A stretch of 64,000 bases of DNA from Alphaproteobacteria bacterium CG11_big_fil_rev_8_21_14_0_20_39_49 (lineage in GTDB: Bacteria; Pseudomonadota; Alphaproteobacteria; Rickettsiales; UBA6187): positions 11,131-75,130 of the forward strand of contig PCXK01000010.1 of NCBI GenBank assembly GCA_002787635.1, given 5' to 3'. The notes below the pieces were generated by a model that did not search any database, was not told where the DNA came from, and worked only from the letters and a program-made list of their open reading frames with translations. The position numbers and the translations under genes were made by a program. Each line of letters begins with the position of its first letter. Position 1 is the stretch's first letter. Below, piece by piece: positions 9,232 to 17,150 of the stretch.

Positions 9232-10485
9232 ATGAAATATATATTATCTATTTTATTTACAATATCAGTTTTGTTCGGCACCGGTTCGATTGCCAAGAAC
9301 TTTGAGATAGTCGCTATTGTCGGTGATACCGCAATATCTACCGTTGACCTGAATGAAAGGCTTGAACTTTCTATAGTATCGTCAGGATTACCGAATAATA
9401 ATGAGACAAGGCAAAAGCTGAAGCCCCAGATAATAAAGACACTTATTGACGAGGCTTTATATACGCAGGAAGCTCGGCAATATCGCATTGAAGTAACAGA
9501 ATCGGACATGGATAATGCGATAGCTAACCTTGAAAACCAAAATAACCTTAAGCTGGGGGAGTTCGATAATTTCTTAAAAAAGAACAATATTCCGATTGAT
9601 GCTATGAAAAAGCAAATAAGTTCACAGGTTATCTGGACTAAACTACTTTCACAGCAGGTACGCCCCCAGATAGTGATAACCGATGTGGAAATCGAAGAAA
9701 AAATGGAACATATCTCAAACTTATCGGGAATATCTGAGTTAGACCTGTCCGAGATAGTATTACCTGTCGATTCCCCTTCTGATGAAAAACGGGTAAGGTT
9801 GCTGGCTGAAAAACTGCATGAAGAAATAAAAAACGGTGCTAAATTTGAATCTATCGCAAAAGAATTTTCGCATAGCTCAACCGCTTCATCAGGCGGTTCA
9901 TTAGGTTGGATAAGGGAAGAACATGCAACAAAAGAAATAATTTCAAAGGTTCGCAACCTTCAGGTGGGTGAGATATCACGCCCGTTTTTTGTTAACGGAC
10001 AGTATTACATAATGAAGCTAAACGAACGCAGAGCTTTAGTAGACGATCCTACAACGGTCAAGAACTTTAAAATAAAGCATGCTTTTATCGAGATAAAACC
10101 GGAAACTTCAAAAAACGACATATCAAAAATTCAGGAAAAAATAATAAAAAACGCAAAGAAATATAAATCATGTGGTGACTTTGCAGCATTTGCGAAAAAT
10201 GTCGGTTCTAATATAGGGACGGACACCATAGATATTAACATTGACGATATGAACCCTGAAGTTAAACCTGCGATAATCAACACCCCTATAGGCAGCCTTA
10301 CCCCTCCCGTACCTGCTCCCGAAGGTGTACATATATTCGGTGTATGTGATAAAGAAAAACCGGAGTCTTCCCTTGTGCTTAAGGATAAGCTAAGAGAAAT
10401 TATATTCCGCCGCAAGCTTGACCTGCAAGCACAGCGTTATTTACAGAAACTTCGTGAAAAAGCATTTATTGAAATCAGGATATAA
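9232..10485 (+). CDS. surA: periplasmic chaperone / peptidyl-prolyl isomerase SurA
   Basis: ORF 9181 (GTG) trimmed to the ATG at 9232 (MKYILSILFTISVLFGTGSIA, signal peptide). SurA N-domain plus parvulin domain (..GGSLGWIREEH..). Position between lptD and rsmA. Confidence 0.85.
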   Translation: MKYILSILFTISVLFGTGSIAKNFEIVAIVGDTAISTVDLNERLELSIVSSGLPNNNETRQKLKPQIIKTLIDEALYTQEARQYRIEVTESDMDNAIANLENQNNLKLGEFDNFLKKNNIPIDAMKKQISSQVIWTKLLSQQVRPQIVITDVEIEEKMEHISNLSGISELDLSEIVLPVDSPSDEKRVRLLAEKLHEEIKNGAKFESIAKEFSHSSTASSGGSLGWIREEHATKEIISKVRNLQVGEISRPFFVNGQYYIMKLNERRALVDDPTTVKNFKIKHAFIEIKPETSKNDISKIQEKIIKNAKKYKSCGDFAAFAKNVGSNIGTDTIDINIDDMNPEVKPAIINTPIGSLTPPVPAPEGVHIFGVCDKEKPESSLVLKDKLREIIFRRKLDLQAQRYLQKLREKAFIEIRI

Positions 10486-11323
10486 CGCTTTGCAAGATCT
10501 GCCTCCTATAAAAGACATATTGAGTAAATACAATATAAATGCTGATAAGAAATTAGGGCAGAACTTTTTATTTGACGGTAACCTGACTGACAAAATAGCC
10601 CGTAGTTCAGGTTCATTAGAAGGAAAGACGGTTATTGAGATAGGTCCGGGTCCGGGGCTGCTTACCCGTTCAATTTTATCTGCCGGAGCGGATAGGGTTA
10701 TAGCCGTTGAAAAAGATGAACGCTGCATAACCGCCCTAAATGACTATCTTGTACCCGAATCGGGGGAGCGTCTTTGTATAGTAAATGCCGATGCCCTAAA
10801 AACCGATATCTATATAAAAAATGACGGTAAAGTAAAGATAATTGCTAACCTGCCTTATAATATATCCACTGAATTACTATTTATGTGGCTTGAAAATATT
10901 GATAAATTTGAAAGCCTTACTTTAATGTTCCAAAAAGAGGTTGCCATGCGTATCATGGCAAAACCAAAAACGAAGGATTACGGCAGGCTTTCAATAAAAG
11001 CACAATTACTTTGTGATATAGAGTATGAGTTTGACATACCGCCTTGTGCGTTTTACCCCCCTCCTAAAGTTACATCTACGGTTATTACACTGACCCCCGG
11101 AAAAGAACCGGTCGCAAAGGTTAATATGCAAACATTAGAAAATCTGTGCAAAGCAACGTTCGGTCAGAGAAGGAAAACTTTACGAGTCAGTTTAAAGCAA
11201 CTTACTAAAAACCCTATAGAGATTTTAAAATCCGCATCTATAGACGAGAACAAACGCCCTGAAGAGCTATCGGTAAAACAGTTCTGTGATTTGGCTAATT
11301 CATTGGATAGTTTAAGTAACTAG
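10454..11323 (+). CDS. rsmA: 16S rRNA (adenine1518/1519-N6)-dimethyltransferase
   Basis: KKLGQNFLFD, SAM site VIEIGPGPGLLT, NLPYNISTELL. The start is uncertain: the track uses TTG 10418 (68-nt overlap with surA). In-frame GTG 10454 or TTG 10490 (after the surA stop, AGGA 9 nt upstream) are more plausible. Confidence 0.88.
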   Translation: MKKHLLKSGYNALQDLPPIKDILSKYNINADKKLGQNFLFDGNLTDKIARSSGSLEGKTVIEIGPGPGLLTRSILSAGADRVIAVEKDERCITALNDYLVPESGERLCIVNADALKTDIYIKNDGKVKIIANLPYNISTELLFMWLENIDKFESLTLMFQKEVAMRIMAKPKTKDYGRLSIKAQLLCDIEYEFDIPPCAFYPPPKVTSTVITLTPGKEPVAKVNMQTLENLCKATFGQRRKTLRVSLKQLTKNPIEILKSASIDENKRPEELSVKQFCDLANSLDSLSN

Positions 11324-11364
11324 CTCAACCATTATAGTAAATTTGGATTTAATTTACGCATAGT

Positions 11365-11517
11365 GTCATCCTATGAAAAAAATTTAGGAGAAATTTTTTA
11401 TCATGGGATCCAATTCGAAAAGTTTAGGAAAACTTTTCGATATTAAAAAAGTTCCCTAACTTTTTTAAATGTGGATTCCACTATAATTTGTTTTACTAAA
11501 CAAATTCGTGGAATGAC
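11365..11517. repeat. cluster of four consecutive hairpins (family E), bounded by GTCAT..ATGAC
   Basis: The four hairpins are gtcatcctatgaaaaaaattt-aggag-aaattttttatcatgggatc; ttcgaaaagttt-agg-aaaacttttcga; ttaaaaaagtt-ccct-aacttttttaa; and ggattccactataatttgtt-ttact-aaacaaattcgtggaatgac. Family A TIR-like motifs (..attaaatgtacaattcc..) flank it. Confidence 0.65.
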
Positions 11518-11615
11518 AAATTTACTATTAAATGTACAATTCCTAAAAACCATAAGTACCAGCTATCATAATAAAAACATATTTTGAAAAATTTATCATT
11601 TTTTTTGCTTCCGCC

Positions 11616-11645
11616 CTTGAAAAAAAATAATACGTCACCAAATGA
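11616..11645 (+). promoter_or_regulatory. possible RpoH (sigma32)-type heat-shock promoter of groESL
   Basis: CCCTTGAAA at 11613-11622, then 15 nt, then CCAAATGA at 11638-11645. Compare the consensus CCCTTGAAA-N13-15-CCCCATNT. About 55 nt upstream of the groES ATG. Confidence 0.4.
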
Positions 11646-11700
11646 GTGGTAAGGGCTAAAGTACCTTGTAAAAATTTTATATATAAATGGAGTTAATAAC

Positions 11701-11994
11701 ATGTCTATCAGACCTTTGCACGACCGCGTTTTAGTGAAACGCATCGAAGAAGAAGAAAAAACTGCAGGAGGAATTATCATTCCTGATTCAGCTAAAGAAA
11801 AACCGACTCGTGGAGAGATTGTTGCAGTTGGCAGTGGAGCACGTGACGAGTCAGGTAAAGTTGTGCCTCTTGATGTTAAAAAAGGTGATGTAGTACTTTT
11901 CCAAAAATGGGGCGGAACTGAAATTAAAATCAACGGTGAAGAATTGTTGATAATGAAAGAATCCGACATCATGGCTGTTGAAGAAGCAGCATAA
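11701..11994 (+). CDS. groES: co-chaperonin GroES
   Basis: [48 protein letters not shown]. Confidence 0.97.
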   Translation: MSIRPLHDRVLVKRIEEEEKTAGGIIIPDSAKEKPTRGEIVAVGSGARDESGKVVPLDVKKGDVVLFQKWGGTEIKINGEELLIMKESDIMAVEEAA

Positions 11995-12015
11995 TTAAAA
12001 ATAACCGTAAAATAA

Positions 12016-13677
<1,662 letters not shown>

Positions 13678-13703
13678 TCCCCCACACTCAAACCAAATAC
13701 CAA

Positions 13704-13738
13704 AAAGACCTCTGAAGAAATTCAGGGGTCTTTTTTTA
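13704..13738 (+). terminator. rho-independent terminator after groEL
   Basis: aaagacctctgaa-gaaa-ttcaggggtcttttttt. The stem is the same CTGAA/TTCAG hairpin type as the family A repeats. Confidence 0.7.
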
Positions 13739-13825
13739 TTAGAAAATTACATAAAAAAATGCTATAATGACTCTAGACTAAGCATTAATAAAGTAATGTT
13801 TGGGTAAAAACACTCAATTGTATTG

Positions 13826-14515
13826 ATGAATAAGATGAAAATATTTTTTATATCACTGTCACTAATATTTATTCTTTCTCAAAATGTTAATGCCGACCAG
13901 ATAAAATCTGCATATTCAAAAATTATGAAGGCTGCTTCTGAAAATAATCTTGAGATTGCAAAAGAAGCAATAAGCGAGGGAGGTAAATCCATACTAAACC
14001 CTCCGGCATGTCCACCTAACGCTATTTGCTCTCCTTTAGTATACGCCGCAGAAGAGGGGCATACAGAACTACTTGAATATATGCTAAAGTCCGGTGCTAA
14101 CCCTAACTATGTGAATGCATATGGTAACACACCTATTTTATATGCCGCTATGCGTAATAAAGTTGATTCAATAAAAGTACTAATGCACTATGGTGCAGAT
14201 ATAAATCAGTCGAACTCATTTGGAGCTTCAGTATTTAAACTCTCATGTATGTATGGAAATGAAATGATAGATACTATGATAAATAAATATAATGCCGATA
14301 TAAATAAAGTTTATAATAATAACGCCGTCAAAACTCAACCACAAAACACTACCGCCCTAATGTCATTTGCTGAGAAGTGTCCTTTATCATCAATTAAAAA
14401 GCTTGTTGATAATGGTGCAGATATAAGCATAAAAGACTCTAATGGAATGGCAGCTGTTGATTATGCCGAAAAAGCTAAAAGAGATGATGTTGTAAACTAT
14501 CTTAGCGGCTTATAA
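13826..14515 (+). CDS. secreted ankyrin-repeat protein
   Basis: Signal peptide MNKMKIFFISLSLIFILSQNVNA. ANK repeats (SPLVYAAEEGHTELLEYMLKSGANPNYVNAYGNTPILYAAMRNKVDSIKVLMHYGADINQ.., ..TALMSFAEKCPLSSIKKLVDNGADISIKDSNGMAAVDYA). Lower GC than its neighbours. Confidence 0.82.
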   Translation: MNKMKIFFISLSLIFILSQNVNADQIKSAYSKIMKAASENNLEIAKEAISEGGKSILNPPACPPNAICSPLVYAAEEGHTELLEYMLKSGANPNYVNAYGNTPILYAAMRNKVDSIKVLMHYGADINQSNSFGASVFKLSCMYGNEMIDTMINKYNADINKVYNNNAVKTQPQNTTALMSFAEKCPLSSIKKLVDNGADISIKDSNGMAAVDYAEKAKRDDVVNYLSGL

Positions 14516-14523
14516 GAAATTAT

Positions 14524-15105
14524 TTATCTAAATCTATCTAAACTTCCCTTTTCAATATTCGACCTTGCATCGGGTGTCGCAGAAGGAGTACGTATATCGC
14601 TCGGAGAACCGGCATCTTCAATACCGACAGATGTATTTGTATGAGGTTTTATTTTTGCATTCATCATATCTTTTGTTTCAGCATCTATACCCTGAACTTT
14701 TAACGGGCTTTTAAGCTGCTGTTTATAATTATGGTTGTTACGGTCACGTTCTTCAAGGTGCAATTCGGGTTCACGCTCCTGTTCTTTTGTATGTTCAAGG
14801 TCTGCACCCTCTTGTTTGCTTAACTCCTTTCTTTCGAATTTCTGTTTTTTTAACGAATCCTTATTTAATCCTTCATCTACCGTTGCATGAGCAAGCATTG
14901 CCTCACGCTTACGTTTTTGTTCTTTTTCTTCACGTATCTCTTCTTTTTTAGTAAGCTCTTTTGAGTGACCGTCATCTTTTACCAGATCGTAAAAAACATT
15001 ATCTAGTGCTTCTATTAATTTACGGTCTTCATCATTTTTTTTATCCGACAAATTTTCCTCCAATAATAACACAAATATTATAGCACAAACCAAGCACCAC
15101 TTCAA
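14524..15105 (-). CDS. hypothetical highly charged (K/E/D-rich) protein
   Basis: The track ORF starts at TTG 15105 with a hydrophobic leader. An alternative TTG at 15051 is preceded by GGAGG (MSDKKNDEDRKLIEALDNVFYDL..). Low-complexity charged middle (EEIREEKEQKRKRE). No family recognised. Confidence 0.5.
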   Translation of the reverse strand: MKWCLVCAIIFVLLLEENLSDKKNDEDRKLIEALDNVFYDLVKDDGHSKELTKKEEIREEKEQKRKREAMLAHATVDEGLNKDSLKKQKFERKELSKQEGADLEHTKEQEREPELHLEERDRNNHNYKQQLKSPLKVQGIDAETKDMMNAKIKPHTNTSVGIEDAGSPSDIRTPSATPDARSNIEKGSLDRFR

Positions 15106-15223
15106 ATAATGATAAAGTCGGAGTATTAGTTTTTTTAGGTTTGACTTCCACTGTATTTACCCATTCGGGCAGAGGGTAAATCACGCCACATAAGAAAAGT
15201 TATTTCTAAAATGGGTAAAAGGT

Positions 15224-15527
15224 TTATCTAAACAAATCTGAATGTGTACCGGTTCTTACTAAAATAAGTGATTCATCGGTTATAAGGTAAATTAGTAACC
15301 AATCAGGCTCTATATGGCATTCAAAGTGAGGATACCAATTACCTGATAACTTGTGTGGTTTGTTTTTTGCCGAGAGTTTCTTTTTGCCGAGAGTTTCTTT
15401 TTGCCGAGAGTTTCTTTTTGTTGAGTAGTTTATTAACAATGTCCCATAATTTTTTAAGGTCTTTACCTCTTTTCTTTGACTTTTTAACGTCTTTTTCAAA
15501 TTGTTTATGGGTTTCTAATTTTAACAC
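15224..15527 (-). pseudogene. yafQ: YafQ/RelE-family mRNA interferase toxin, frameshifted by a tandem repeat expansion
   Basis: The N-terminal part is in ORF 15339..15527 (MLKLETHKQFEKDVKKSKKRGKDLKKLWDIVNKLL..). The C-terminal part is in ORF 15224..15499 (..HKLSGNWYPHFECHIEPDWLLIYLITDESLILVRTGTHSDLFR). Removing two of the three 17-nt units joins them into an 89-aa YafQ-like protein. Confidence 0.85.
15369..15419. repeat. perfect 3 x 17-nt tandem repeat (gccgagagtttcttttt) inside yafQ
   Basis: Units at 15369-15385, 15386-15402 and 15403-15419, followed by a degenerate partial unit (gttgag). Confidence 0.95.
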
Positions 15528-15538
15528 TATAACCTAGC

Positions 15539-15793
15539 TTAGAATTTGTTCTTCAAGTCTTCTAAGCTTTCATAGCTGTTAAGATTCTTACTTTCAAGAG
15601 AATCTTTTAGTGCCTTTTGTGCTATCTCATTAGGAAGCTTTACATCAAAAGGTAAACCTTTATGTAATGTAACTTGTTTATAAAACAGATTTATTGCCTG
15701 ACTTGATGACAAACCAAGCTCTGAGAAAATGGCTTCTGTTTTCGCCTTTAAATGCGGTTCAATTCTCGCTCGTATAGTTTCTGACTTTTGCAT
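15539..15793 (-). CDS. dinJ: DinJ/RelB-family antitoxin
   Basis: ORF 15539..15826 trimmed to the ATG at 15793, which has GGAGGT 7 nt upstream. MQKSETIRARIEPHLKAKTEAIFSELGLSSSQAINLFYKQVTLHKGLPFDVKLPNE is the RHH DinJ signature. Its stop is 11 nt before the yafQ GTG. Confidence 0.88.
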   Translation of the reverse strand: MQKSETIRARIEPHLKAKTEAIFSELGLSSSQAINLFYKQVTLHKGLPFDVKLPNEIAQKALKDSLESKNLNSYESLEDLKNKF

Positions 15794-16036
15794 ATTAAAA
15801 ACCTCCATAAACACATTGTAGCACATATGGGGAACGTTGTCTAGTTTTGTCCGTTATTCCGGAGCCATTGCAGCGACGAGTACATGCAACAATAATGTAT
15901 AAAGAGTATAATTCAATCTATCAAGTTGGTCGTAGGAAATACAATCTTTATGATTTTCGCCTTGATATTCTAATTCCATGGCGAAGGCATTGATTGTGCT
16001 ACGTAATATTGCATTTCTTATTCTGCCGCCCTTATA

Positions 16037-17132
16037 CTATATCTGCTCGGTCAGGCTGGCATTGATGAACTCGTCTAAATCTCCGTCTAAAACTGCCGTT
16101 GTATTGCTTGTTTCATGACCTGTACGCAGGTCTTTTATCATCTGGTAAGGGTGCAGGACATATGAGCGTATCTGGTGTCCCCAGCCTATCTCTGTCTTGC
16201 TTTCGTTGACTACGTCCTGTGCCTGCTGTTTTTTTTGCAGTTCCAACTCATAAAGGCGTGAACGCAGCATACTATATGCCTCTGCCCTGTTTCTGTGTTG
16301 TGAGCGGCTATTTTGGCACTGCACAACGATGTTGGTAGGGATATGGGTTATACGGATAGCACTATCGGTTTTGTTAACGTGCTGACCTCCTGCACCTGAC
16401 GCACGGAAGGTATCAACCCGTAAATCCTTTTCATCAATCTCTATTTCAATATTATCGTCCACCACGGGATATACCCAAACGCTTGCAAAAGAAGTGTGTC
16501 GTCTGGCATTACTATCAAACGGCGATATCCGTACAAGACGATGCACACCGCTTTCGGTTCTTGACCAGCCATAGCTGTTATGACCGCAAATTTTGAAGGT
16601 AGCTGATTTTATACCGGCTTCTTCTCCGACATTTTCGTCAATTATCTCGGTTTTAAAATCATGCCGTTCAGCCCATCTAAGATACATTCTAAGCAGCATT
16701 TCAGCCCAGTCCTGAGATTCCGTTCCGCCTGCTCCTGCGTGTATTTCCATGAAGCAGTCATTTGCATCGGCTTCGCCCGAGAAAAGGCATTCTACAACTT
16801 TGCTCTTTAATTTTTTGGCTAGTTTTTTCAGTTCTTTTTCAGACTCATTTACGGTGTCTTCGTCTTTTTCTTCTTCACCCAGATTTATAAGTTCAACGCA
16901 ATCTTCCATAATCTGCTTTGATTCATTATAGCCGTTCAATGAGTTTTCAAGGAAAGTCCTTTCTTTTAAAAGGCTGCTTGCTTTTTCATTATCATTCCAA
17001 AGGTCGGGTGCTTCGCAAAGGGTGTTCAGTTCCTCAAGGCGTTTTACAGATGCATCCCAGTCAAAGAGACCTCCTGATTAACTCCAGATCACTTTTTATA
17101 TCATCAATTAAATCATGTATTTCAGGCTTCAT
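16037..17132 (-). CDS. prfB: peptide chain release factor 2 (requires programmed +1 frameshift)
   Basis: Frame 0 runs from ATG 17132: MKPEIHDLIDDIKSDLELIRRSL, then TGA at 17063-17061. The +1 frame from 17062 continues DWDASVKRLEELNTLCEAPDLWND.. into ORF 16037..16939, which carries SPF (RISPFDS) and GGQ (GAGGQHVNKT). Total 364 aa. Confidence 0.95.
17060..17076 (-). other. prfB +1 frameshift site: internal SD AGGAGG, then CTT TGA C
   Basis: The minus strand reads aggagg tct ctt tga c. Same architecture as the E. coli prfB recoding site (SD-like element 3 nt before CUU UGA C). Confidence 0.9.
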
Positions 17133-17150
17133 ATCTAACCGTTATCAATA

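Noticed and set aside
9150-9956. 268-aa ORF antisense to surA
   Set aside because: A shadow ORF opposite a well-supported SurA gene, with no SD and low-complexity S/I/F-rich sequence.
11560-11700. CIRCE (TTAGCACTC-N9-GAGTGCTAA) operator upstream of groES
   Set aside because: No match is present. Only a sigma32-like -35/-10 pair was found.
15369-15419. Possible CRISPR-like array
   Set aside because: The units are directly abutting 17-nt copies with no spacers, and they lie inside a coding frame. This is a tandem duplication, not a CRISPR array.
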